This document shows positions 1 through 9,755 of a stretch of DNA of 64,000 nt, one piece after another. This DNA is from Klebsiella phage vB_KpM_FBKp24. The DNA lies in the sequence record MW394391.1, one strand, 5' to 3'. Within the stretch, counting starts at the first letter, position 1, and each line of letters begins with the position of its first letter. Made by a program: the position numbers and the translations under genes. The notes under the pieces are model-generated. The model did not search any database. It was not told where the DNA came from and saw only the letters and a program-made list of their open reading frames with translations.

Positions 1-58
1 TGATGATTTTGAACTGCATTTTCTTAATGTCAGTAAACATACTTTATTTTCCTATTAT

Positions 59-499
59 TTAGGGATAAATTCCGTAAGATTCCCACTCTACCAAACCCAC
101 GGGCGTCAATAAACCCCGTCCAATTTCCTGCTCCCGATCTTTCTGTTTATCCTTTTCAGAAAAGTCGTCAATGCGCATTAACCTATTTGATGCCAAAAGG
201 TGATTCCCTTTATTCCCGCACAGGCTTTCGTAGTGGATAACTTTAGGGGAGATTGTACGCACCCCTTCGTCAGTGTTAAAACTTAGTATAGCTGTAGTAC
301 TAAGTTCCCCCTCCAATAACCATAGCGTTTCCGTTGTGTCCCCTGTTCCGCGAATTTTCTGATCGTGGTTTAAAAAGAAAATATGAATTTTTTCGTTTTT
401 AGGTATTAATTCCACAACCCTGACTACTTTCCCGACGTTATCAAGGTGTTCGGGGTCGCTGATCACGAGCGCTAAACAACCCGCCTCGATTGGTTTCAT
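59..499 (-). CDS. hypothetical protein (146 aa)
   Basis: ORF in the minus-strand gene train; 4-nt overlap with the upstream gene 496..876. Confidence 0.5.
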   Translation of the reverse strand: MKPIEAGCLALVISDPEHLDNVGKVVRVVELIPKNEKIHIFFLNHDQKIRGTGDTTETLWLLEGELSTTAILSFNTDEGVRTISPKVIHYESLCGNKGNHLLASNRLMRIDDFSEKDKQKDREQEIGRGLLTPVGLVEWESYGIYP

Positions 500-876
500 G
501 CGCGTTTCTCCTGTGTAAGGAAATACTCGCGTATTCCTTCGGCTAACGGACCGAAATCGGATACCAACTGTAACAGAGCTAGTTGGTCATCGGTCTGCCG
601 TAGTCGTTCTAACCCGATACGCGGTGGTGTTAGTCCTACCTCAGTCAGTTCCAATTTACCGAGATAGATCTTTGTCTGCCCGCGATCGAGAAAGGCGTGA
701 AAGGACAATTCCGGCCCAGTAGCAAGAATCAGCCCATCAAAGGGATTCTTCCCGCTATACACGCTTTCCCTCTGAAAATGGAAAGACGCCGCCACTTTCT
801 CGCCTTCCCCTAATTCCTTTTGACAATGTTTTAACCAACGTTCAGTCAATTCCGCTTCTTTGAATTTAAATTCCAT
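496..876 (-). CDS. hypothetical protein (126 aa)
   Basis: ORF preceded by AAGGAG ribosome-binding site and an upstream terminator hairpin (900-930). Confidence 0.55.
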   Translation of the reverse strand: MEFKFKEAELTERWLKHCQKELGEGEKVAASFHFQRESVYSGKNPFDGLILATGPELSFHAFLDRGQTKIYLGKLELTEVGLTPPRIGLERLRQTDDQLALLQLVSDFGPLAEGIREYFLTQEKRA

Positions 877-899
877 ACCGACTCCTTATTAAACAAAAT

Positions 900-930
900 A
901 AAAATATAGGGACAAACGTCCCTATATTTC
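900..930 (-). terminator. intrinsic terminator hairpin
   Basis: atatagggac-aaac-gtccctatat stem-loop; U-run follows on the minus-strand transcript. Confidence 0.55.
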
Positions 931-941
931 AGTACGTACTT

Positions 942-2630
942 TTAGTAGTGGCGCGTCAGCGAATAACGCACGGTAGCGCCATCTGCCATTTCAGCAACCA
1001 GATTGAAAGGTCCAGTGCTACGATAGATTTCAACACCAGTGTTCCCGGGGATCTGAATCCCTGCCGCAACAGAACCTTCCACTTCTTCCAGCTTATTCGC
1101 TTGGGAGAACGCTTCAACAACGCGACGGACATCGCGGAGTTCATGCGTCAGCTCTTCGGCAAACAGCGCAGATTGGTTTGAATTTTTGTCCTTAAATCCT
1201 TCGAGGACTAAAATCATACCGTGATCTGGAGTGTTGTACGTGAAGGTCTCTTTCCCGCCCCACGCTTGCGGAGAGAGGGTGATCCCAACCACTTTTACCG
1301 GACCCGTTGCATCCGTCCAATTCATCAGACGAGAACCACCTTGGTAGCTGTAGCAAGAAACGGAGTTGCGCTTCTCTTCCGAATCCCAGCGATGGATAGG
1401 TTTGGCATCGACAACCACGCGATCTGTCATCTGAACGGTGTTGAATCGCGAATAACCCGCATTGTGGAATTCGACGGTCAAAGATTGCGCCTTAGGCAAG
1501 ACCTCTACCATAAATTGCATTAGGGAAATCGCACCACCGTCAACAACCCGTTTCGCAGGGGCAACTTTCTCTTCTTTGGTTTTCAGGCCATCGAAGATGC
1601 TACCGACTTCTTCCGTCTCTTTTGCCGTCGCAGTCGGCTGCCATACCCATTCCTGAATATCGCTCACCAACGCGAAACGACGGCGGAACGCGGATTCGAT
1701 CCCGAGCGTTTTCACTAACGTTTTCGCCTTTTCCAACTGCTCCTCAGTTGGAGCTTCAGTGGCGCGCATGTAGTTAACACCTTCAATGCTTTCACGGAAT
1801 TTACGAATCGCGTATTGTTCGTGACCGCTTTGAATGTCGTCCATCAACACGCCGACGACCGTAGTGTGGAAATGAATGATGTCTTTGTTGTCAAAGTTCA
1901 TCGCTTCCCACACCAGGTTGTTTTTGATGTTGTTGTTTTTGGTGGCATTGAACTCGCGATGGAGTTTCGCCCAGGTTTTAAACCGGTTGGCGAATTTGGT
2001 GATATGTTTCAATTCACCGTGTTCGAACAGTTCAACAGCCCGCTGCACTGTTTCAGGCGCCCAGCGTGTCAGGCCACTGCGCAGGATACGAACCAGTTCA
2101 CGCCCTTCTGCTTCTTTACCTAAACGCTCTTCGTCGTTATCGTAAGTAAAGATCAGCGCAGTCGATGCACAGTTCAGTTTACCGTTGAAGTGGCGGAATT
2201 TACCAGAATGCTTCAGCGAGTAATCGGCGACGTTCTCCACGACGATGTCGGTTACCGGGCAACGGGCGACAATACGGTTCAATGCCTTAACCATCGCGTA
2301 TGCGTTGGTGTGCGGTTCGCCCTCTGCTTCGATATCAATATCGAAAGCCAGGCTCTTAGCTACGCCGTCATCGATGGTCACATATTGGCCAAATTTATTC
2401 AGCCAGCGTTCACAGGTTTTACAGCGGTACTGTTGACGCTGCTCTTCCGGAAACAGGCTCAGGTAATGTTGATACAGCGATTTGCCAGTGCTGGCTTCAA
2501 CATCGACTTTATAAATATCGTCATCGATATCGAAAAGAGAAAGGTTGTGCTCAATAATATCAACCAAAGAATCGTAAAAACGATCTTCAGCGACAACAGT
2601 TTCATTGGAAGCTACGATTTGTTCAGACAT
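942..2630 (-). CDS. large hypothetical protein (562 aa) with a single CxxC motif (CKTCERW)
   Basis: Long uninterrupted ORF; no Walker motif or other recognisable catalytic motif seen by eye. Confidence 0.6.
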   Translation of the reverse strand: MSEQIVASNETVVAEDRFYDSLVDIIEHNLSLFDIDDDIYKVDVEASTGKSLYQHYLSLFPEEQRQQYRCKTCERWLNKFGQYVTIDDGVAKSLAFDIDIEAEGEPHTNAYAMVKALNRIVARCPVTDIVVENVADYSLKHSGKFRHFNGKLNCASTALIFTYDNDEERLGKEAEGRELVRILRSGLTRWAPETVQRAVELFEHGELKHITKFANRFKTWAKLHREFNATKNNNIKNNLVWEAMNFDNKDIIHFHTTVVGVLMDDIQSGHEQYAIRKFRESIEGVNYMRATEAPTEEQLEKAKTLVKTLGIESAFRRRFALVSDIQEWVWQPTATAKETEEVGSIFDGLKTKEEKVAPAKRVVDGGAISLMQFMVEVLPKAQSLTVEFHNAGYSRFNTVQMTDRVVVDAKPIHRWDSEEKRNSVSCYSYQGGSRLMNWTDATGPVKVVGITLSPQAWGGKETFTYNTPDHGMILVLEGFKDKNSNQSALFAEELTHELRDVRRVVEAFSQANKLEEVEGSVAAGIQIPGNTGVEIYRSTGPFNLVAEMADGATVRYSLTRHY

Positions 2631-2684
2631 GTCATTTCCTATTTTGCAAAATAAGGGGTTTTGTTCAGAGTAATTCTAACGGGT

Positions 2685-3278
2685 TTATTTTCGGAACAGA
2701 TTTAAAAATCGGGTAAGTAAAGAAGGACGAGATTTCCGCATAACTTCAGCCCAGTACGCGCCTTCATCGACAGGGGATTTATCGGCAGCAGATGCATAAT
2801 CGGAATAATTTGCGGCGGATGCGTAATTGTCAGAGGGACTGTACTGTTTAGAATCAGTGTAGGGTCTTTTCTTTTCCTGCTTAGCGTCCTGCAGCCGTTG
2901 CCGCTGTACTGCCTCTTCAGCGATATAAGTATTTTTATTACGCATGAAATCCATCAGTGAGGCTAAAGCCAATTCCGCGCGGGCAGTGGAATTGTAGGTG
3001 ATGGAGCAATTGTTCACGTTCCGCCCATCGTTCGTTTGGAAACGGACTAGACCATCACCGTTTGACAAAGTGAACACTTCATTAGTGACCACATTCAGTG
3101 AAGCAACCGGGACCGCTATTGTAATAACGTCGCCCATAATTTCCAACTGGGTGCCGTTATCGATTATTATCCAAAAACGATTTTCCACCTGTTGAACCAG
3201 TTTCCCCAAAAAGTCCGTTCGCTCTGGAATGATCGCACCGTTTTCGTTAGGGACGTCACTACGAATGTTATCTTGCAT
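2685..3278 (-). CDS. hypothetical protein (197 aa)
   Basis: ORF in gene train. Confidence 0.5.
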   Translation of the reverse strand: MQDNIRSDVPNENGAIIPERTDFLGKLVQQVENRFWIIIDNGTQLEIMGDVITIAVPVASLNVVTNEVFTLSNGDGLVRFQTNDGRNVNNCSITYNSTARAELALASLMDFMRNKNTYIAEEAVQRQRLQDAKQEKKRPYTDSKQYSPSDNYASAANYSDYASAADKSPVDEGAYWAEVMRKSRPSLLTRFLNLFRK

Positions 3279-3636
3279 GAGGAAGCTCCGGGGTTAGATC
3301 GCCAACTTTAAGAACGGTAACAGCGCGGTCCTTTTTATCGTACGGGATAAAGGCTATACAGAAGTAGCGTTCTTCTTGCATCAACTGAACAATTTTCCCT
3401 TCTGATTTAATGTCCTTCCCTTCCCACTTGAGTCTCGTGATAGAGACATCGAAGTCAAAAACTAAATCCTCCGCGGGTTCTTTCTCTACTGCTACGGTTT
3501 CACTTTTGACCAGAATCTTTGTATCACCCGCGTACAGGAATATCTTACCGTCACGAATATAGAGTGTTGCTTCCGCATCGCGAAACGGTTGGAAATCAAT
3601 AAAATCCATTTCCTCAAGAATAAACGTCTTCGCCAT
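3268..3636 (-). CDS. hypothetical protein (122 aa)
   Basis: ORF in gene train, short overlap with the upstream gene. Confidence 0.5.
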   Translation of the reverse strand: MAKTFILEEMDFIDFQPFRDAEATLYIRDGKIFLYAGDTKILVKSETVAVEKEPAEDLVFDFDVSITRLKWEGKDIKSEGKIVQLMQEERYFCIAFIPYDKKDRAVTVLKVGDLTPELPHAR

Positions 3637-3639
3637 AGC

Positions 3640-3969
3640 TTAATCCGCCAGATCAATAATTTGCTCGGTAAAAGGGAACCGGTTCGCTAACATCTCCATA
3701 CAGGTTCCTACCGAATCGCCAATGAAATAGTAGTCGTAAAGCATCCCGCTCGTATGACGGTGCTTGACATGTAGTATCAGTCCTTTACGATCGGCTGCGT
3801 AAAAGTCATTAAACCACGCAGAGGTGATGTACTCACCTACACCAAACACCGCCCGTAAATAATCTTTCACCGTCATCTGTTCATTTTCCGGGAAAAATCC
3901 AAACGACTTTATCTCGAACAGTTCAAAGCGATGTTCTAATTGCATGTTAACTCCCTCGTTAAAGGCCAC
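3640..3969 (-). CDS. hypothetical protein (109 aa)
   Basis: ORF with GAGGGAG ribosome-binding site, directly downstream of terminator 3968-4000. Confidence 0.55.
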   Translation of the reverse strand: MAFNEGVNMQLEHRFELFEIKSFGFFPENEQMTVKDYLRAVFGVGEYITSAWFNDFYAADRKGLILHVKHRHTSGMLYDYYFIGDSVGTCMEMLANRFPFTEQIIDLAD

Positions 3970-4000
3970 AAAAAGACTCCTGAGGCAATAACCTCAGGAG
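3968..4000 (-). terminator. intrinsic terminator hairpin
   Basis: ctcctgagg-caataac-cctcaggag stem-loop followed by UCUUUUU on the minus transcript. Confidence 0.6.
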
Positions 4001-4006
4001 ACCGTA

Positions 4007-4783
4007 CTATTTACGCTTTTTCTTTTTGGATTGCCCAGAAGCGTGTTTAGACACGCGTTTAGGACGTGCCGGTGGCGCGGTGAAAAGGTTGCGTTTTCCG
4101 CCCATACTGAATCCGCCATTGAAAGAGAAGCTGGTCTGGAACTCTGAGGGCAGAGCTTCTTTAAACTTGGTTTTCCACGCCTGACGCAGCGCTACGTGAT
4201 TAACCTGAAATGTCCCTTGAACAAACCAGTCGCCCGGGTTACGCTCAATCAGCGTTTTCCCGCCGTAGGTTGCAGTGACGGTGTTCTCTTCTTGGCTGAC
4301 AACAATACTGACAACCGGGTGTTCGATCGCTGGTTTTTCTGCATTGACCAGCTCGGAAGCACTGTCTAATTCGATGTGCTTCGTTGAAAGATCTGCAGGG
4401 GTAATTTCGTGCCGATAATATTCACCGGGGTTGTCATCAACTTCAATCCCTTTCCCGAATCGTCCGGACTGAGAATGATTTTGTACCTTTTTGGTATCAG
4501 GAATAAATGCGGGTTCGTCTACGTAAATAAGACGACTCTTTTCTTTTGGTGTTTCTGCTGCAGGTAGTACTAATCTATCGTACGGGGAACGTACATGGAA
4601 ATTGAAAGGTTTTAACTCGCGACCATCGCCCAGTACGCGCTCCAATTCTTCTTCAGAAATAAACGCCGGGTCATCTACCGGAATGGTCAGGCGTGTTTGC
4701 CCGCGGCCGTGGACGTTTTGTTTTTCTGCGAGAGTTTCAGCGGTGATCACGCCTTCTACAGCTTCGATTTTTTTACTTTCCAT
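4007..4783 (-). CDS. hypothetical protein (258 aa) with Lys/Arg-rich C-terminal tail
   Basis: C-terminus ...PKRVSKHASGQSKKKKRK shares the RVSKHA-G motif with the next gene. Confidence 0.55.
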   Translation of the reverse strand: MESKKIEAVEGVITAETLAEKQNVHGRGQTRLTIPVDDPAFISEEELERVLGDGRELKPFNFHVRSPYDRLVLPAAETPKEKSRLIYVDEPAFIPDTKKVQNHSQSGRFGKGIEVDDNPGEYYRHEITPADLSTKHIELDSASELVNAEKPAIEHPVVSIVVSQEENTVTATYGGKTLIERNPGDWFVQGTFQVNHVALRQAWKTKFKEALPSEFQTSFSFNGGFSMGGKRNLFTAPPARPKRVSKHASGQSKKKKRK

Positions 4784-4810
4784 TTTATTTTCCTTCTTTT
4801 AGAAAATTGA

Positions 4811-5143
4811 TTAACGACGACGTTTTACTTTGATCGGTTTAGCACGTACCTTCTTCTTCGGTAACGGTCGACCTTTGGCGTGCTTAGAAACACGGATCGC
4901 TTCTAATTTCTCGATTTCATAATCGATAGTTTCCCCGCTGTCGTCAGTGATTCGGTTCAACACGGTAATGTCAATGTGTTTTACCTTCACCTTTAATAAC
5001 GGGAAATGTTTCTGAAAGATTTCTGCCAGAGTATCAAAGTTAATGGTCGATGTTTTTGGATCCACTGCTTCACGGAATAAACTGTGATGAAGAGAGTGGC
5101 CTTGAGTTCTGGCAGAAAGGGTGTTCTTAATCCGTTCTTTCAC
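4811..5143 (-). CDS. hypothetical protein (110 aa, GTG start) with Lys/Arg-rich C-terminal tail
   Basis: C-terminus ...RVSKHAKGRPLPKKKVRAKPIKVKRRR; GGGAGG ribosome-binding site before GTG. Confidence 0.5.
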   Translation of the reverse strand: MKERIKNTLSARTQGHSLHHSLFREAVDPKTSTINFDTLAEIFQKHFPLLKVKVKHIDITVLNRITDDSGETIDYEIEKLEAIRVSKHAKGRPLPKKKVRAKPIKVKRRR

Positions 5144-5197
5144 AGGTTATCCTCCCTGTCGTTTTTATTAAAAGTTGGTTCATAATCGAGTTACCAA

Positions 5198-5236
5198 ACT
5201 AAAAAATAAATTGAGGGGATCCGAAGACCCCCTCAA
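5198..5236 (-). terminator. intrinsic terminator hairpin
   Basis: ttgaggggatc-cgaa-gaccccctcaa stem-loop followed by a U-run on the minus transcript. Confidence 0.65.
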
Positions 5237-5239
5237 TCG

Positions 5240-5713
5240 TTAATTTACCAAATAGAAGATAACGTCTTCAGCGAGCGTAAAGTTGGTGAGTAGGGATTCA
5301 TAAGTCTTGTCCCGACGTACGCGGCTAAAATAAAAATACGCTTCGTCTACGTAAACGTGCGTAATGGGATGTTTTCGGTACGCAGCGGTATAACCCTGTT
5401 CGTACGGTTTTCCGACGATGACCCTTAAGTCTTGCGGTATTACCCCAGCGTTACGCGTAAACCGAGACAAAAGTTCTTCTTTCATTTCACTCGTCGGGAA
5501 TAAGATGAGTGAGTGGGCAGGGTCTTTTTTAGCCCGTGAAAATATCCATTCGGTCTTTCCTGTTTGCCGCGTTGCAGTAAAGCCAATAGTGCGACACTCC
5601 CGAAGTAAAATCGGTCGCCGCCAATCACAACGTTTGGCCTGCTCAGAATTCTCTGAGATAAGCGTCTTTTCTAATACCTGCGCAATTGATTCAAAATCGT
5701 TTTTATTTGCCAT
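5240..5713 (-). CDS. small P-loop NTPase-like protein (157 aa)
   Basis: Walker A-like TATRQTGKT and Walker B-like HVYVDEA in a short protein; may be a minimal or fragmentary ATPase. Confidence 0.45.
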   Translation of the reverse strand: MANKNDFESIAQVLEKTLISENSEQAKRCDWRRPILLRECRTIGFTATRQTGKTEWIFSRAKKDPAHSLILFPTSEMKEELLSRFTRNAGVIPQDLRVIVGKPYEQGYTAAYRKHPITHVYVDEAYFYFSRVRRDKTYESLLTNFTLAEDVIFYLVN

Positions 5714-5731
5714 GGTGTATTTTGCCTTTTG

Positions 5732-6082
5732 TTACAGTGAATGGAACCAACCTTCATTATCTGGTTCCGAAGAAAACTCAAAGTTCACAAACTCTTTCCC
5801 TTTTGCAAACTCTGCAAAGGTATCCGTACCAATCCAAAATCCCCGGCGTTTCAACTCATATTGGTCGCCATTTAAACGAAAAGATACTTTCCCTTCATTA
5901 GCGTCAAACTCCGCGTCAATCCATTCGCCATCAGTCATTCCTTTAAACGCAGACGTAAAACGAAAGAAGCCTGACTTATACAGACTACCGATTAGTTTCC
6001 CGCCTCGTGAATTACCAATATTTTTTGGCGTAGAAAGAAAACGAAGGTTGTTTAAATCTAACTTCATTTCCTCTCCCCTCAA
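5732..6082 (-). CDS. hypothetical protein
   Basis: ORF in gene train; true start probably the internal Met (MKLDLNN...). Confidence 0.45.
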   Translation of the reverse strand: MRGEEMKLDLNNLRFLSTPKNIGNSRGGKLIGSLYKSGFFRFTSAFKGMTDGEWIDAEFDANEGKVSFRLNGDQYELKRRGFWIGTDTFAEFAKGKEFVNFEFSSEPDNEGWFHSL

Positions 6083-6405
6083 TCAAGAAACTCTATTGAA
6101 AAAGTCCCTTCTTCTCGATTATAACCCACGAAAAAACGGACACCATTGGCTTTCAAGATATTACTCAAGGCAACAACCGCGGTTGTCGAATCGTCGCGGC
6201 CAAACAACGGGTTTGAAATCGTATTCTGTAATTCCCAGAAAGGGTCACCCGATTTCTTTTTTCGTTTCCACCGAGAACGAAAGGTAACCGGTTGTTTTTG
6301 CCAAAGGTATAACGGTCCTTTATTCGTTTGGACTGTCAACGAACGAATAAAGGTTGCGTCCGTATATTCTTTGCCAAATAGAAACGTTTTTATTTTTTCC
6401 AACAT
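6079..6405 (-). CDS. hypothetical protein (108 aa)
   Basis: ORF in gene train. Confidence 0.45.
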   Translation of the reverse strand: MLEKIKTFLFGKEYTDATFIRSLTVQTNKGPLYLWQKQPVTFRSRWKRKKKSGDPFWELQNTISNPLFGRDDSTTAVVALSNILKANGVRFFVGYNREEGTFSIEFLD

Positions 6406-6639
6406 TTATAGCTCCTTAGAAACAGATTTCGTCAGTGTCTGAATTTGCTCCAGAACACAGAGGTCGTTTTGAATAGATTCGACACTGATACCGTAGAAAT
6501 GCGCTATTTCCTCAGTGCGCATTCCGTTCTTGACGCCTTGTTGAATGAGTTTAGCAATACTCGGATTTTCTATCTTTGCGAGTAGCGCGTCGAAGTTGTT
6601 GAGGTAATCCTTATACGCGTTACGATCCATTAGAAACAT
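6406..6639 (-). CDS. small helix-turn-helix protein (77 aa), sigma-70 region-4 or LuxR-like
   Basis: Segment GMRTEEIAHFYGISVESIQNDL resembles region-4 or LuxR-type helix-turn-helix. Confidence 0.4.
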   Translation of the reverse strand: MFLMDRNAYKDYLNNFDALLAKIENPSIAKLIQQGVKNGMRTEEIAHFYGISVESIQNDLCVLEQIQTLTKSVSKEL

Positions 6640-7009
6640 CCTTTAAACGGCTTCTGGCAATGTCAGACCAACCGTGTTCACGAAAAAGACGGTCTAAAGT
6701 GGCGCTATACTCGTTTATCTTTGCCTGCAGCTCAATAGCCTCTGCAATTTTAACAGGGTCGTCAGGAATCAGAAAATCTTCTCTGATCAAAAACCAACCA
6801 GATAGCCCCTCTATTTTGACGACGAGGGAGTCAGGTAGCCCGACTCTTTTAACTCCGGGTACCCGATCGACTTCTTTAAAAACTTTCGTTACAAAAGGCG
6901 TAATATTAATAGCCTTTATACCCGTCCAGGTTTTACCAATTTTTCTTACTTTGGAAATCGTATCAGTGACGATAACTTTGTTCATAATCTTTTCCTCTTT
7001 ACTCGCCAT
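6620..7009 (-). CDS. hypothetical protein (129 aa)
   Basis: ORF in gene train. Confidence 0.45.
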   Translation of the reverse strand: MASKEEKIMNKVIVTDTISKVRKIGKTWTGIKAINITPFVTKVFKEVDRVPGVKRVGLPDSLVVKIEGLSGWFLIREDFLIPDDPVKIAEAIELQAKINEYSATLDRLFREHGWSDIARSRLKDVSNGS

Positions 7010-7011
7010 TA

Positions 7012-7455
7012 CTATTTCCTCACCTGAATACTATTAACCCACTTCTCATCCTCAGTTATTGGATAGAACTCCGTCGTTTTAATTTTACCGATTAAAGATA
7101 ACCAACGTAAATACGTTTCATCATCTACAAATAAAACCGCATTTTTTCTTTGATTAAATTCATCAGGGATTACCCTACTAATCCCACGCGTAGGAAACGG
7201 AAGAGATTTGATTAACCGCCGTTGGTTAACTTCAATCTTTACTTGTTCTATACCTCGCGAAGCTTCGTCGACCGTTGGGATATAACCAGTTTCAGCCTGA
7301 ACAAACGGTTTTATTTCAGGGCGATCAAAGTATCTGAGGCGTTCTTGCTTCGTCCAGTTTACTTTTCGATCTAGAAAAGCAATAATCGATTTGTCAGTAA
7401 AACCGAGAATAAATCCTAATCTAGTGCAATGGCGTAAATTACCCAGATTTAACAT
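7012..7455 (-). CDS. hypothetical protein (147 aa)
   Basis: ORF in gene train. Confidence 0.45.
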   Translation of the reverse strand: MLNLGNLRHCTRLGFILGFTDKSIIAFLDRKVNWTKQERLRYFDRPEIKPFVQAETGYIPTVDEASRGIEQVKIEVNQRRLIKSLPFPTRGISRVIPDEFNQRKNAVLFVDDETYLRWLSLIGKIKTTEFYPITEDEKWVNSIQVRK

Positions 7456-8453
7456 TACACCTCCTTATTCAACCCAGAAACGATAGTGGCGCGGATCCAT
7501 TTGAATTTCAGCTTTCGTACCCCGTTGACAACAGGACCGACCCAATACCCATGCCAATGGGCACGGCGAATATGCGCTGCTCTTCCGTAAGTCTTTTGTC
7601 CTTTCTTTCGCTTCTCCATTTCTTCCAGGTAATCAAACCCTACTGGAAACTTACGATGCGCATTCAGGAAACGCAAGCTGTAGTGTTTACCCGAACGTTT
7701 CATTTTGGTTAAACGAAAGGTGTTACGGAAATCAGCAGCGTCTTGCTGGTCATATTCCTGCGCGACGAATAAAGCCACATTTAACAGCTTCGTGTACGTT
7801 TCACGATAACCGTCACGCATGAGAATACCTGCCGCCTCTTCTGCGTCAAGGTTGTGCTCCTTCGCAGCACGAACAATCGTAGGGTCAGAAGCAATGACTT
7901 CTTCCAACGTCAACCCTTCATCGAACGGAAAGAAGAGCGTTTGCGGGAATCCACCGTCGTTATACGGGTAGACGATAGTCAACCCTTCTTTCCCGCTCCA
8001 ATGTGTAACCGTGGAGAGGAAAATCCCTTCAATGAGCGGTTCCTCCGGGAGTGGGTGCTTGATAGGGCAAGCTGAAAGGTCGACGTACCCCGTCCAATGA
8101 GGAATGGTTTTCAGAACGGTTAGCGGCAATTTACCGTTGAACTCGGAGTCCAGCACATCTGCCAATAATTCAGAAGGGATTTGATATTCCGGTTTCGTGA
8201 TTTGCCAGCAGTAGGTCATACTCGCGTGCCAGAACATTTCCCGGTAGTATGGATTACTGAAATCGATTCCCTTTGGGAACCCTTTATTTTCACCCCATAT
8301 TTCCAATGGGTAAAAATACGGTGGGATTTCCCCTTTCGTTTCCGTAAGGATGCGATTGAAGAAATCTTTTGCGTCCCACGCCCTCAAGCGCGGGAGTAAG
8401 GTTTTTTCTACGGTTTCAAGAATGTTCACGGAATCTTTTCTCCATTCCTTCAT
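7455..8453 (-). CDS. hypothetical protein (332 aa)
   Basis: Long ORF; basic C-terminal region (HIRRAHWHGYWVGP). Confidence 0.55.
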   Translation of the reverse strand: MKEWRKDSVNILETVEKTLLPRLRAWDAKDFFNRILTETKGEIPPYFYPLEIWGENKGFPKGIDFSNPYYREMFWHASMTYCWQITKPEYQIPSELLADVLDSEFNGKLPLTVLKTIPHWTGYVDLSACPIKHPLPEEPLIEGIFLSTVTHWSGKEGLTIVYPYNDGGFPQTLFFPFDEGLTLEEVIASDPTIVRAAKEHNLDAEEAAGILMRDGYRETYTKLLNVALFVAQEYDQQDAADFRNTFRLTKMKRSGKHYSLRFLNAHRKFPVGFDYLEEMEKRKKGQKTYGRAAHIRRAHWHGYWVGPVVNGVRKLKFKWIRATIVSGLNKEV

Positions 8454-8979
8454 CTACGTGCCAACAAAACAGAGAGAAAAAATGCTCTTCCATAGATTGC
8501 GGCAATAATGAGAAATTAGCGGGAGTGACGATATTGTATTTTTTCTTGTTCGATAGAGCGACGATAAAATGACTCTTGGTAACTCTAACCGAAACAATCT
8601 CGTGGCCATACATCTTATTAATTTGTTTGCCATCTCTTATTCGGAGCCCGACAATTCCTTGCCCTATGCGTAATCCATTTTTAGAGGAAGGAACAATCCA
8701 GTCCCCTTGACGATTTTTGAAGAAATTCCACCAAAGACTCACCGGGATAAACCAATGAGCATCTTTAAGATTTCTTCCCGTATGATAAGAGATAGCCTCG
8801 TACATTTCCTTTTGCGTTAAAGTCGTCCCCTCTTGGTCAGGGGTATTTATTTTTACTCCCATTTTTTCAGAGTAAACAAACATGATGATAGAGTTATCGC
8901 GAAGAAATAAATTTTCGCTTACCCACTTACCATACTCTATCTCTAACTCAAGAACTTTTTCTGCTGTACTCTTTTCCAT
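8416..8979 (-). CDS. hypothetical protein (187 aa)
   Basis: ORF in gene train. Confidence 0.5.
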   Translation of the reverse strand: MEKSTAEKVLELEIEYGKWVSENLFLRDNSIIMFVYSEKMGVKINTPDQEGTTLTQKEMYEAISYHTGRNLKDAHWFIPVSLWWNFFKNRQGDWIVPSSKNGLRIGQGIVGLRIRDGKQINKMYGHEIVSVRVTKSHFIVALSNKKKYNIVTPANFSLLPQSMEEHFFSLFCWHVDEGMEKRFREHS

Positions 8980-9005
8980 TTTTTACCCGATCAGTGCTAA
9001 TTACA

Positions 9006-9194
9006 TTAGACGTCTAACGTGGGGTTCCACCAAGTAGCAAGTCTGTCCAAATCTTTGACCACTTTGGCAGCCTGCCTTGCCGGGATACGGTACTTTCTGG
9101 CTACCCGGCGTTTTGCGCTTTGTACAGTAGTCATGCAGGTGGAAAGGTCGTAGGTGACCAAGTTATCTATTTTCTTGCGTAAAGATTCTTTCAT
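9006..9194 (-). CDS. small hypothetical protein (62 aa)
   Basis: Short ORF filling a gap in the gene train. Confidence 0.35.
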   Translation of the reverse strand: MKESLRKKIDNLVTYDLSTCMTTVQSAKRRVARKYRIPARQAAKVVKDLDRLATWWNPTLDV

Positions 9195-9210
9195 TTTATT
9201 ACTCCTTTAA

Positions 9211-9486
9211 TCATTTATCGTTAATGATAACGAATGGATCATTACTTTTTTCTAATACTTGCTTACGTGTGTATAGCGTGGGATCGAAGTTAGACACCGA
9301 TACGTATACGCCGTTGCCGAAATCGGCATAGCAGCCATCACTGTAAATAACCTCTACATCACTGTATAACTTTGCGCGAAGTTTACATTGCTCGATTTCT
9401 TTTTCTTTCTTCGCGGACAATAGATACGGAGTGAATCCTAGCATCACAACAACAGCTACCCCTAAGAAAATAATTAATTTATTCAT
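9211..9486 (-). CDS. small signal-anchor membrane protein (91 aa)
   Basis: N-terminal hydrophobic segment IIFLGVAVVVMLGF. Confidence 0.45.
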   Translation of the reverse strand: MNKLIIFLGVAVVVMLGFTPYLLSAKKEKEIEQCKLRAKLYSDVEVIYSDGCYADFGNGVYVSVSNFDPTLYTRKQVLEKSNDPFVIINDK

Positions 9487-9746
9487 TACATTTTTCCTTT
9501 AATGGTTTGGTATAACCGATCGAGGTTGTCACTGATGAGTTTCCCACGCGAAATAGTAATCGGCTTAGTCCTTGAATCGTAAAAGGTTATTTCTAATACG
9601 ACGAACGGAATCGTCCCGAGCCGCCCTTTAAAACTACGGTCTACAATAGACCGCCGAATCGTTTTAATATCGCGAATGAATAAGCAATAATAATTTTCTC
9701 CGTCAGTAATATCCACTTTCCCATTAAGTACCGTAAAGTTTGGCAT
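9486..9746 (-). CDS. hypothetical protein (86 aa)
   Basis: ORF, 1-nt overlap with the downstream gene. Confidence 0.4.
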   Translation of the reverse strand: MPNFTVLNGKVDITDGENYYCLFIRDIKTIRRSIVDRSFKGRLGTIPFVVLEITFYDSRTKPITISRGKLISDNLDRLYQTIKGKM

Positions 9747-9755
9747 AGTTTTCTC

